A DNA stretch of 62,235 nucleotides, the filler included, from Choristocarpus tenellus KU-1152 (Eukaryota > Protista > Phaeophyceae), in assembly GCA_964200185.2 (NCBI GenBank). It is 8 parts of 8 records of this genome, joined end to end, with 100 filler letters (N's around TTAATTAATTAA, not from the genome) between each part and the next. Parts side by side here need not be neighbours in the genome. Positions count along the whole stretch, not along the records: positions 21,963 to 28,143 come from CAXNAD020008740.1; positions 28,244 to 36,023 come from CAXNAD020005589.1; positions 36,124 to 49,525 come from CAXNAD020001505.1; 5 more parts are not named here. One strand, given 5' to 3'. Below are positions 25,132 through 37,042 of this stretch, in pieces. The position numbers and the translations under genes were made by a program. The notes beneath the pieces were generated by a model. The model was not told where the DNA came from. It saw only the letters and a program-made list of their open reading frames with translations, and made no database searches. Each line of letters starts with the position of its first letter. The stretch's first letter is position 1.

Positions 25132-28100
25132 CTGTTCACCTGATGAGTTCTGGCTTGCCAAGACCATTCTTAACAAACCTCCTCCTCGTCTCACTCAGCA
25201 TGGCTGCCGACAAGTCACCTCCAATAACTCTTGAGTACCTGCCCCTCAAAAACAAAAAACCCCAACGAATATAATATTTTTTGGTATGTTACTAGTTAAC
25301 CCGTTAAGCCCGGTTTTAAAAACGAAGCTAACGGAGATAGGAGCTTTTCGTAGATCCATACAGACCAGAGTCAGATAACTTGGCCTTGTGTCTCTAAACC
25401 ACATCACAGGAGCACAGAGTCTGTTCTCGGAAATGCATCCCCTGTCAAACAAGCTGATGTGAAAGAGGCACTCTACGAATCACCACAGCAACTCAGAAGT
25501 ATTAATAATAAGAATGAAACGGTTTTGAAGAAAAGACAGAACACTATTATATTTATAGCCATGTCAAATTCTTAGTCTGTGAGTATTATTCCTACCTACT
25601 ATTCCAAAAAAAAAGAGCAGAGTAACAAAAATGGGGAAGCAAAAACCACACAGTATTTTTTCCTAAATAGAGGGCTATCTTCCTGTCGGGCTGCAGACAA
25701 AATGAGATACATGCCTACCTTTCTCTGATACGGAAATCGACAGTAGGTGGAGCAGTATAATGCTACACACTCACCCCAAAAGTACAAGTCTTTCTACACA
25801 TACATACATATACTAGGTATTTATACTATCAAGTTAGTACTCTTCTTGTTCATACCACACCTGCACCATTTCATAACAACCCAATCAATTTATTACCTCC
25901 CGCCATACCCCCTCTCTACAAAATCCTTCCTCCCCAAAACACATGATAGTAGCAGTCTCTCAGATAGGGAGGACCTGCGCATGCGGGGAAAAGGGGAAGT
26001 CAGCCAAAAACATTTTTTTTAAACTCATTTTGCTTCGTGGCATGCACGCAACACACACGCTGACAAAACAAAGAGTCCCTACCCCCCCTCCATCCAGCTT
26101 GTGACAGGGCCTGCCCACCAGGAGACCCAAGAAGTTTCAAATAAGCACATCACTACTACTACATCACTATTTTTTCAGTACCCTCAGGGACTAGAGCCAG
26201 TACCTTTGACTCTACCTGAACCTGATCAGTAGTTGAAAGCAGTACGCACTCCACTGTTACACTTCTCATTAGTATGATTATTAGGAGTAGTAGTATTAGC
26301 AGTATAGTATTCACATTGATATTATTTCTTAGCCTCTATTTTGCTGTAACAAACTGTTGTTGCACTACAACAAACTGCACTGTCCCGTGTGTGTCCCGTT
26401 CATTCACGCCTAGAATTATTATTTTCGTACGTTGGGTTCAACCAACCCCACCGGCTTGTATCACTCCCTCCTCCCCCAAAAACTCGAACCTGCCTGTGAC
26501 CACAGTAAGAATTAACCCTTTTCACCACAATTCAGATTTTCCGCATTCACATTTTTTGTTTTATTGATGCAAAGAGGTTATAGATCCACCTTTCCGTTGT
26601 GCTTGCCACCTCTGATCCATTGTAATATCAGACATAATCTTGGAAAAAGAAATTCTGACCTCGACGGGGCTCGAACTCACGAGATTAATGACAAAAGTGC
26701 GGTGGACAACCACTGACCTACAATGACATTTGAGGAAAGGCAAAATCACACTGACATATGTATAGTTTTCATTTGTTTCCCCCCTGACACATCTGGAATA
26801 TGTCAGATGGCACAATAATAAAAACATACGTACATTGTGTACTTTCCACTAACACACTCCCTACTGACGCACATACACATGAGGCAAGACTCTTAACTCA
26901 TATTCTTGTTAAAAGAAAAACTGAAGGAACGTGGGACTAAAGGAGAGCCGTTGAGACACATAACTTGCAGATGCACATCCAACGTTAAAATCCTCCAGCG
27001 ATTTTGGGCACACTACTACAAGGCAAGCAAACACTTTAATTTTTTCCTGTGAATGAAATACGCCTCCTATGGTGATGAGCAGGACACCAGACGAGTATCA
27101 CTGCAGCAACTGCTCAAAGAAGAAAGAAATCTAAGGGGTAAATATTAAGCAACCAGCTTTTTCTGATCACAGCAAGGTCGTTCCTTGATTAAATCTAATT
27201 GACTCCGATCACATTGTCGCTACTCACCACCACCAGAGGACACAATATGCACAGAGGGTACATACATTACATACAATAGTGGGGCATATCAGCAGCAGCA
27301 CTTTCAGCAACAAAAAGAAAACGAAAATGAAAAAAAAAAATAGTTACTGTTGATTTTTCTTTATGCAGGCCATGTGTATATACAACACATATACTACTAA
27401 TCGAAAAGATATTGTCATTATTATTACCAGAGCGATATGAACACTATTGAACTTACCAATAGCAGTTTTTTTTTGAACACATGAATCTTCAACAGATTCT
27501 AACACGATTATACCGTACTGTGCACTAAACCCCAACGTCATCTTAAAAAACAAGAAGAGCTGAATAGGATGATAACGATAACAATACCACTAAAGTAAAT
27601 AATATAATAGCATATAAATAAATACACAAAACAAAACAAAACAAAAATACGTTAGAGTCATGCTTAAATATATTTTCATTCTTTATTATTTCTTTTATTT
27701 GAGCATTAAAGATAGTTATTTCCGGGTGATAAAATACTATCTTAGGGTTAGGGTAGAGCCGTGCCCATCCGGGGACCAAAATCCAATGTTGCGATTTCGA
27801 TGTAGTTTTAGCTATATATCGTGTTTGTTAGGAAGTGCCGATATCATTCCTTGTTCCAGACATGCCTCTTCGTAATGTGTACCTTTTTAATGACACACCT
27901 CTTCATAATGTGTACCTTTTACCTACTTCGATCCATTTCGGAGTAAATACAATGTCATTAAAAACCCATGGGAAGTCAAGCCTCAAACGGACACACAGGG
28001 CAAAACTCCTACTCTCTCAGGTACATTCACTTGTACAGAAACGCACTTCTTGGACGCAGCAAGCCTTCGTGTCATGAGACCAGACCCGCAGGAGAGATCC

Positions 28101-28141
28101 ATCACAACGCCTCCCTCTGCACCCTCAAAAAATTCTTGTAC
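22894..28141 (-). CDS. Class I SAM-dependent methyltransferase (Methyltransf_11, similar to plant plastid At2g41040-type), internal exons 28141-28047, 25238-25140, 23049-22894
   Basis: VQEFFEGAEGGVVMDLSCGSGLMTRRLAASKK|YSRVIGGDLSAAML..ELIR|CDVSRLPVKSGSVDGIHAGAALHCW..EIHRVLKPGGVFFATTF. SAM-binding motifs present and phases compatible. Confidence 0.9.
26650..26722 (-). other. tRNA-derived (SINE-head-like) relic
   Basis: Minus strand has A-box-like TAGGTCAGTGG and B-box GTTCGAGCC at tRNA-like spacing. No convincing cloverleaf. Confidence 0.35.
27738..28024 (+). mobile_element. MITE family A copy (intronic)
   Basis: Body matches 5260-5507, with a small internal duplication and degraded TIRs. Confidence 0.75.
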
Positions 28142-28434
28142 CTNNNNNNNNNNNNNNNNNNNNNNNNNNNNNNNNNNNNNNNNNNNNTTAATTAATTAAN
28201 NNNNNNNNNNNNNNNNNNNNNNNNNNNNNNNNNNNNNNNNNNNATATGAAGGAGTTTGACACTAACAAAACACCCCCTTTACTACAAAGTTCCAGCATGG
28301 TAGGCCCACCGCGTTCCAGTGCAATCTAATACTCCCCCCCCCCCCCCCCCCCCCCGCCCGTCCCCTTTCATCCTGTGCCTTCTCTTGGGCATGTAACTTT
28401 TCTTCAGGGTTCCCACCTGCCACACATGCTACCT

Positions 28435-29813
28435 ACCCTTTCCTTCACAACACTCCACCTTCTTCAACACAGAGGACATTGGAAAGGCGTTTAGGAGCTG
28501 AGTGGTCTTTTTCTTATCGCTTGTGTAGGAACTCCGAACACGCAGGTGCAAGCATCCTGCCTCCTCTGTTAAGGCACTGAGCATTCGTAGCTCGCTGACA
28601 GGGGGACAGGGCAACCATATCAGAAGTTTGAAGTGGAGGAGGAAGGGGGGGAGGAGGGTAGAGAGGAGAAGGCAAGCAAGTCTCGTTCTATTCATTTGTT
28701 TCACAAAGTGGAGATAGTACTCTGGAAGAAGGCATAGCAGCAAGTGGTGAGCATTTGTCAGGATATAAATCGTTTTCACCAGAATGAGACTGTTGTGAAA
28801 GCAAGCAAAGCTGACTACCTTCATGTCAGTACTGTTGTGATCGAGATACTTGAAAGCAGCAAAAAAATGCTAGGGAGCACAAGCACACACACACACACAC
28901 ACACATCCTCTTCTTCTTGTGACAAGGGCAAGATATATGATCTTTTTTTATCCACCCCATCTCCTTAAACCCCTCTGCCTTAGCGCAGTCGATTCAATAA
29001 ACGGTTTTTATCTCTTTCCGGTCCTGCCTTTGCCTGTCTACATTGACTTTCAACGATTATATGCTTTCGACACTTGGAAGTAGACGGAAGGGGTAAGGGT
29101 TACTAATAAACATGGCTACCGCTTTGCAAGCCTTGGTCCCAGCAACCAATAGCATATACGCCTAGCGAAGACAATATTATTCGACGGTCAAAAAAACAAC
29201 TCGCCCAGCCCAGCCCCTCTGGTAATGTAGGTAGATAATGAGAGGCAAGGACAAGAGCAATACATTGCTGTAATCTTAAACAAATTGCATTTGTGTGGCC
29301 ACCCGCATCAAGTTATCTTGACACCATGCCATGAATGCCAAGGCAAGGCTATCTGCCCACACCTGAGAGGCTTGGCCAGGAGACGCTTTACTGCTGCTAT
29401 ACAGCCAGCGCAGGATGTGTGACGAGAGGCTAGCTTAACAAGGTTGCTCTTCTCCAAGGTTATGGACCCTGGAAGCAGGTTTCCATTGTCCTAAGCAACG
29501 TGATAGAATGAAATACCAAAAAATTCCGGGGTAAGGGTGAAAATAGTCAAGCAACTAGGAGCCTGGGGATGTGAGCAATGGAAGAAAAACAATCTGAATT
29601 CATGCACGCCGACGGGCAGGGCAGCGAGGTTCTAACTCAAGGCCAAACTCTAGACAAAGTTCGATTACTAGAGAGGAGTAATGCTTTGGAAGTCTAGAGT
29701 TGAAACAAGAAAGCACAAATATATCTGATCAAACATTGAAGTGCATTATTTCTACTCACCTTGTAACAGTGAATGTCAGACGCATGAAGCGTTCGTCCAT
29801 CGCCATGTGCCAT
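28435..29813 (-). CDS. Hypothetical protein with GGNBP2-like N-terminus; exons 29813-29760, 29490-29363, 28594-~28435
   Basis: Three phase-compatible exons: MAHGD..CYK|DNGNL..CAGCIAAVKRLLAKPLS|ELRMLSAL..LRVRSSYTSDKKKTTQLL. Resembles the recalled GGNBP2 CxGCxxxVxRL...DxKK segment. Confidence 0.55.
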
Positions 29814-31283
29814 CTCGATGGAGCTCTCCTCCGCCTATGATAGGTGGTGGCTGGTTGCTCCCTGAAAACGTGCCCTTGGAATGGTTAAGAGAGATGCAAA
29901 GTTTGATAGCAAGTTCAAATCCCGTAGAACCTGCCTGTTAACACTGCTGCAGTCCGAACTATGGGTTCCCTCCACTCTGACTACAACCGTACTACTGTAC
30001 TCTTGTCACTCTCTCCTTCACTCGTTCGTTCAGTTCTTTGTTGTTTTTAAAATCAGTACTCAACGACCACGAAAAACGAAAAAGTTTAACCAAACTACTA
30101 GTGAGTACATCATATTACATATTACGAGTATATAAAATAGTAAAATTAACTATATAGTTGGACAAACACACACAAGATCTGTGATCTTGTTGAATGTAGT
30201 GTCATCATTTCGTCAGAGGAATAATAAGAAACATGAACATGTGTAAGCACTATTACTTAAAAAGTTTGTTGTTTGTTGTTTGTCCCTTTTTCTCACACAT
30301 CAAATATTTTGGTATTTTCACCAAACAATCCGTGTTTATTGGTTCATTGAGGGGTATGATAAGGTGAACGAGGTGGAGAAATTAATGAAGTCTTAAAAGA
30401 AGGAAAATTAAATGAAACTTGTCGACAGCGACGAGATTTTATCCCAGGGTTTTCAAAAGGTTGACCTTGAGGAAGATGTGCCGCAGATTTGACAGAATGG
30501 AGTCATCATGAAGATGTTCGACAAGAAGGAGGATTCGACTGATCGTGAAAACATTAGAGAGGCATCTCATAGTTGGAACAATCGGGCGAAGTACTTGTCA
30601 ACAACTTTAGATGACCACTGTATACTTCTTTGGAACGGGGAAACATACTCCATGATGAGGAACAGTCTTATTTCGGTCCTCTTCAATATTAAGCATACAT
30701 TATATACATCCTACATAACCTCCAGCAACTTCGAAGGGAAAAGCGTGGGCCTCTGTTGAAGTCCTTTTTTAACCTATCTATAGAGACCAAACATTTCTGT
30801 TTATAGCAATCTCCTGTGATCTGTGTTTCCAAGTTCAGAGCGCGCGAGAGGATGGTTTCGGTCGTCCGCCAATCCCATGTTGCCCGTGTTGGAATGCGGG
30901 TATGTGTCCACATCGATGGAGAGTATACAGAGTGGTTTGAGGTCGTCAAGCCTGTGTTCTTGCCCCTATCTTGTTCAATATCTTCATGCTCTATCCTGAA
31001 AATAATGCAGTTGTGTGTAAGATCTTATGTAGTCTGAACAGGATGGTGGTGATTGTGTGGTGGCTAGGTCATCCATGCTGACCATGTTTAATTCGAAGAG
31101 ACAAACAATGTTATGTCTTTAACCTCCCAGCAAGGTCGCCACCCTTCCAGATTTGTGCTTTGGGCCAGTACCACAGGCAGACTGACACGTTTGTTCACCT
31201 TTGAGACGTCACCAATGATGACACTGATGAAATCAGTGCCTGTTGAGAAGCTTGGCGCTGTAAGGGCTCGTCGTCGAAAGGTA

Positions 31284-32216
31284 TAGTGTTGGCAGTCGCC
31301 TCCTGCATCAACTTTGTCGCGCCATAACATTTGATCAACGACAATTTTTTTCATGAAAGTTCGTTTTGTTGTAATCGTGTCAGCATACTTGACCTTATCT
31401 GATGGGTCTCGGTTGGTCAACTTACAATAATCGGACAAATACAGGACCAAATATAAATCAAGTAGTCCGCGCGCGCGGTTCCTGTGGGAGTGTCACGTGT
31501 TCGTGCATATAAGGATAATTTGGACGCCTGAAGAGGTCATCTTCACCAGGAGAACATGGTCGTTGTTGTCTCTCCATTCTCTTTCGATTATTTCCCGTTC
31601 ATGCGATGTTGTCACCTGCTGGCTAAGGCTCATCGGGGCCAAGGCCTCTGAACCAGACAATCCATGCCAAGTCAAATGAGGTATTCTCAAGGGTGCAGGC
31701 CTCCTTTGAGACTTAAATATCTTGTACACCCTGTCCAATTTGGTGCACTCCATGCCTTACTCGTTGGAATATATCGAATGGTAATCAATGCTCATCCTGA
31801 AGAACCTCTTTACAATTACTCTGGAGTGACTTAAACAGTATTAAGCCGAGGTCCATCCACGTACCGTTTTGGTGGTGACCAATCTTGATTTTTTTGAAAG
31901 GATTGCCCAACGAGTTAAACAACGATGAGCACATCAAATGAAAGCTCTGGATCTAAGCTATCGCTGATCCAAAGGAATAGTTTCGGGAAAATATGTTTCG
32001 TCGTGATAACTCATTCCGGAACATTTCCAAGGTTGTGCCGAAAACATTCGCCTACTATTTAATCTTACCAAAACCATTTCCGAAAAACTTCCTTTGCACC
32101 AGTGACAGCTTAGATCCAGAGCTTTCATTTGATACGCTCATTGTCATTTAAATCGTTGGGCAACCTTTTCAAAAAAATCAAGACTGGTATCATCGTAGAG
32201 GTGACTGCCAACACTA
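31284..32216. mobile_element. Non-autonomous TIR element inserted at TA (Tc1/mariner-like behaviour)
   Basis: 19-bp TIR TAGTGTTGGCAGTC(G/A)CCTC, flanked by TA, splitting the LTR sequence. Confidence 0.82.
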
Positions 32217-33236
32217 TATAGTGGTTGAGTTACATGGTAAAACATACACTGAATATTAATTATCCAGTGGGTGCACAATATCACAAATCTGGAAAATATC
32301 AGAGGGCATAATAAGAAAAATATCGCTAGTATTGATCCACCATACCGCACCTCTCGTATTGGCCCATTCTCTCACCATGCCGCTATGCACGTTAGTACTT
32401 TGTATTGTACCGAACCAAAGATAAACGTACATGAAACCTATGTTATATACTTGTATCAGCACAGACAATGTAAGGATAATACTAGGTTATTCGACATCCT
32501 CAATTTCCTAAAACAATTAACTCTCAAATAAATACAAAAACACACACACACATGTTATCGTATATGTTCATTAAAAACTTCACATGCTCTCTATAAACTC
32601 GAACTGGCAAATTCTTGGTCAATACATCTGCCCTCTGATTTGCAGTACCAACAAAAAAAACACGAATCTCTCCTTTTCTAGCTAAATCCCTCAGAAAATG
32701 TTGTCGGACATCAATGTACTTTGTTCTAGTAGACCTTGTGGCATTTCGTACTAGTTTGCATGCACCATTGTTATCCTCAGGCATGTCAATGCAATGCCTA
32801 GAAAACTGTGGTTGAATAAACTCAAAAAACGCTTCTCAAGAAAAGTAATTCCTGTGCCACACTGCTAAGAGCTATATACTCACTTTCTGTGGAAGACAAA
32901 TCTACAACTCTTTGTACCTTTGACATCCAAGATATTGCTCCTCCTGCAAACATTATTGCTCCTCAAGTCAATGATCTACGATTATTCCAGTCTCCAGCAT
33001 AACTATCATCATCATATTCAATCAGCTCACACTCAGTATCAAAACCACCATAACTCAATCCGACACTGGGTCACTTACTCAAGTATGATAAAATATTTTC
33101 ACTGCACGCCAATGTGTGACTTTTGGGGATTACTACTGTACTTGGCGACTTCACAAACTGCATTTGCAATGTCAAGCCTAGTCATAACCGATGCCCACAT
33201 TAAACTACCAACTGCCTCTCTGTACGGTGTAGAGAC

Positions 33237-33479
33237 AAGGTATCTTAGAGGGTAGAGCAGGGTCCTTTCGGGGGCCAAAATCCGATGTTGCGATTTTGAT
33301 GCAATTTTGGCTATCGTGCTTGTTAGGAAGTGTCAGTATCCTTTTCTCGGAAACACCTTTTCATTACATTTTACCTACTCCAAAACATTTTGGAGTTGGT
33401 AAAATGTCATAAAAATCCCGTGGGAAGCCAAGCCCCAAACGGACAAACAGGGCAAAACTAGTACCCTCTGAGATACGTT
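33237..33479 (+). mobile_element. MITE family A copy inside Copia
   Basis: AAGGTATCTTAGAGGGTA...TACCCTCTGAGATACGTT. Confidence 0.85.
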
Positions 33480-35953
33480 CACTCTGTATTTTCATCAGCA
33501 CGTGGGTGATCCTCACTCTCGTCAAAAGTCCTTGAAAGATCATGGGGTACCCACCTCTTCTTTGCCCCATCCATACCATATCTTTGACAAATACTCTTAA
33601 TGTACCTAGTTTGAGTGTGTTGAGAAGCTTGGCGCTATAAAGGCTCGTCGTCGAAAGCTAGTAGTTGAGTTAGATGGTAAAAATACACTGGGTGCCCAAT
33701 CTCACTAGTATTGACCCACCATACCACTGGTATTAGCCCATTGTCCCACTATACCGCTATGCACGTTACTACTTTGTATTGTACCGAACCAAAGATAAAC
33801 GTGCATGAAACCTATGTTATATACTTGTATCAGCACAGACAACGTAAGGATCACACTAGGATATTCAACAGTGCCAAGACCAACCGACAGCTACAAATGC
33901 CTGGGGTTGTTTCTGTAAGTATACAACCAAGTGCTTTATGATAGAACCACAGGTGCATCACTTGAGATCAAGATTCAATTGCTCAACTAGAAGTAGTTGA
34001 GATTCTTTCATACAGTGAGACATTAATCCTCCCTGAGGCCCACCATGCCAAGCATCTCTATCACAGTCACAAATTCCTCCTAATTCTAATTGGATTTCAC
34101 GAATGGGAATGGACTGATCACACAGTCCTAAAAGGATGCCCTCGTGGTGACTGGGTGCGACAGTATCTAGGCAACTGTGTGTAAAGAGAGACTCTTGTTC
34201 ACGGGGTCAGTTGCATGCGTGGGAGATGAGCGATTACCAAAGGCACTGATGTTTAGGGAACTTGTAGATGGAAAGTGGGACCAAGGCATACAGGAGAACA
34301 ACTGGAGGGTGTTCTTGCAAGACTGCCTAAAGAAGTTGGGGACTAAAGTTGAGAGATGGAGTGTAAGGGCAACTAACAGATCAACACAGATGATTCAAGC
34401 ATATTATCGGGAACAAGAAGCGTAGTAGATGAGAGTGGCATTCCAGAAAAGTTGTGATAGATGGCGTACATCATACTAAAGCAGTAGTGAAGGCTGCCAA
34501 AATAGAGTGATCAGGGCATGTGTACCATCACCACTGCCAGCTGGATGCTGAAGATTTTTTTCTCCTTGATCTCTTTCCCGTGGGTTGACTATTATGGTGT
34601 TCCTTTGCCCTTAATCTCGTTAGTAAGAACTACAATGGGCTGCTGCTGCTGCTGGCCTTTCATAAGGAAGATGGGGTACTGTAGGCCTCTCATACATACA
34701 GAAGTGTGTGAGGGTAAGAAGGGATAGCTGTGCTTGGATGGAAAGAGGAGGGGAAGGTTAGCCAGGTGGTACCTGTTGTGCTCCACAACAACGCCAGGGG
34801 TAAATGAAAAGAGGAGGGTGTGTGTGCCTGGGTAACTGAGGAAGACTGTGCTGGAAAGGGGGAAAAAGTATAAGGGGAAGATTGTAGCCACAGTGCTACA
34901 GCAGTGTCATGAGAAAGGATGCAAGGAGGGGGCTGTGTGGGCTGTGCATTGGGGGAAAGCGGAGGCGAAGATCAACTAGGTACTATAGCAATTATTATGG
35001 TGCTCCAGCAACGCCACCAGAAGGAAAGTGGTAGGAGGGGAGTGTGACCATGTAGTAGGGGTAAGCACTTCTAGGGAGGGTCTACGCCTGGTTAAAACAG
35101 ACATGTGTAAATATTATTGGGTCTGTGCGTAATTGTGACCTTCAAAGTGACAAGTAGGGAATTCTACACTGCTAAAGACAGAACAGGGCAGGGACCCGCT
35201 CGACAACATGAAATAATTTGAAACATTGTCTGGGCCAAATACAGACCCAAGTATCTGTGGGGGGGGGGGGGTCTACACCAGGGTGTCCATTTGGACCATA
35301 ACCAGGAAAAGTGAACGTTCATTATCCATCCGATATATGCAACCAAAACACACAAAAATCGCGACATGAAAAGTTTACCTCTAAACAGTATAGTTACAAA
35401 TAATTTCAACTGCTTCGTATCTAGTAATAGGTACTAATATGTGTAAGTACACTATAAATAATAGAGGGTCAACAGCAATTGCTATTTTCATTTTTCCACC
35501 TCTAAGACACGACATGGGCTAGGAAAGAGACTATTTTTTTTCTTCCTTAGTGGGATGTATCGAATCCTACCTCCCTCCGCTCTATTTTAACTGACTTGCA
35601 TAAACTTTGAATACTCCAACAAGCAAATAAACTATCGATTGAAGCAATGCGTGAACAGCAATCATGGTTTTGGTATGCACAAAAGAATAATGGATAGCCC
35701 ATGCAAACCACATAGGAAGAGCCGCAGATGGATAGAATGTGTGTGCAGGCCTATTATAGTACTCTGCTAGAGGTGTCCATGTTTTGTCAAGTACCGCCTA
35801 CTATACTATCTATTCATGTGTGTCTGAGGACGAGTGTGTGCTGATGGGTGACATTGATGATGGATGCCCAGTGGTGGCAGTGATGCAACTATACCTCCTT
35901 GGTTGGGGATGGTGTTGAATAACTGTGCACGACAGGGTCAGGGTCTTACGTCC

Positions 35954-36023
35954 ATGTATGTATGTATGTATGTATGTATGTATGTATGTATGTATGTATG
36001 TATGTATGTATGTATGTATGTAT
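35954..36023. repeat. (TATG)n microsatellite at a contig end
   Basis: About 17 perfect units running into the spacer. Confidence 0.97.
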
Positions 36024-37042
36024 NNNNNNNNNNNNNNNNNNNNNNNNNNNNNNNNNNNNNNNNNNNNTTAATTAATTAANNNNNNNNNNNNNNNNNNNNN
36101 NNNNNNNNNNNNNNNNNNNNNNNCAAAAAAGTGAAAATCGAAAAAAGGGTGAAACACGGACGCCGACACCCCCCCAAGATACTTTGACCCATTGGTTTCC
36201 CCCTGACACATCTGCAAAATGTCATAGGGCATAATAATAAAATATTGATATTGTATAATTATTACAAACGTCTTGCATATTGCATACCTCTCGTGGGTTC
36301 ACATTGAAAAAAGCAAGATTTGCACAGACCGCAAACCTATTAGAGAACCATAACTATTCGAAATTTTGTCCAAGTCTGTAAAATATTAAAAAAGATTAAA
36401 GTTGTTGCAAATATCTTCATTTATAAATTGGTAAAAAACCACTGAGAAAAAAAGGATCGTATATACTTTCCAAACAATATTTGTGTATTTGTTGACTTCT
36501 ATAAATAAACATTTAGAATAAATACATAGCATAGGAAGATATTGGATCTTTTCCACTAACGATATCATTTGAATAATGATATTAAGATAGAAAAAAAAAC
36601 TAATAGATCTATATGTCCATATATATTTTTACGAGCTCAAATTTTGTAAGAGGAAGAATTGGGGTAGATGAATGATGACCATAAACTCAATAATGAAATT
36701 TCAATGGTATTAATTGTTTTTTTCTGTGACACATCTCCAAAATGTCAAAGGGGACAATGATATACAAAAAAATTGTTGATATATGTAAAATAAAACTCTT
36801 AATACCTAGAAATTATACTTTTAGAGAATAGTTTTCAAATATTTATGTACCATATTATTCTCTGGATTTTTGTAAGAGATAAAATTGTTGTAAATTTAGA
36901 AGGTTGCACACACCTAAGTCTATTTCATATTAAGAACCAACACATTTCTTGTTCAAAGGTTTTAGTATTGTCAAGATCAATGTGTACCTACTTCCCATTG
37001 TGTACATAACTTCGAGTGTAAGTGGACGCTGAGGGATATGAC

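Larger units (their letters stand above)
31241..33870 (-). mobile_element. Internally deleted Copia LTR retrotransposon with both LTRs and a 5-bp TSD
   Basis: LTRs 33618-33870 (TGTTGA..TCAACA) and 31241-~32496 (interrupted). GTGCC on both flanks. RNase H end EDNNGAC..RTKYIDVRQHFLRD..NQRADVLTKNL at 32524-32784. Confidence 0.88.
30430..34430 (+). mobile_element. Degenerate RTE-type LINE RT, split by the Copia insertion (parts ~30430-31240 and 33871-34430)
   Basis: GMRVCVHIDGEYTEWFEV upstream and RLLFTGSVACVGDERLPKALMFRELVDGK..QENNW downstream, both typical RTE ORF2 segments on the same strand. Confidence 0.7.

Noticed and set aside
26650-26722. Functional tRNA gene (also a tRNA-like stretch at ~2405-2480)
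   Set aside because: A/B-box-like motifs only; stems do not pair into a cloverleaf.
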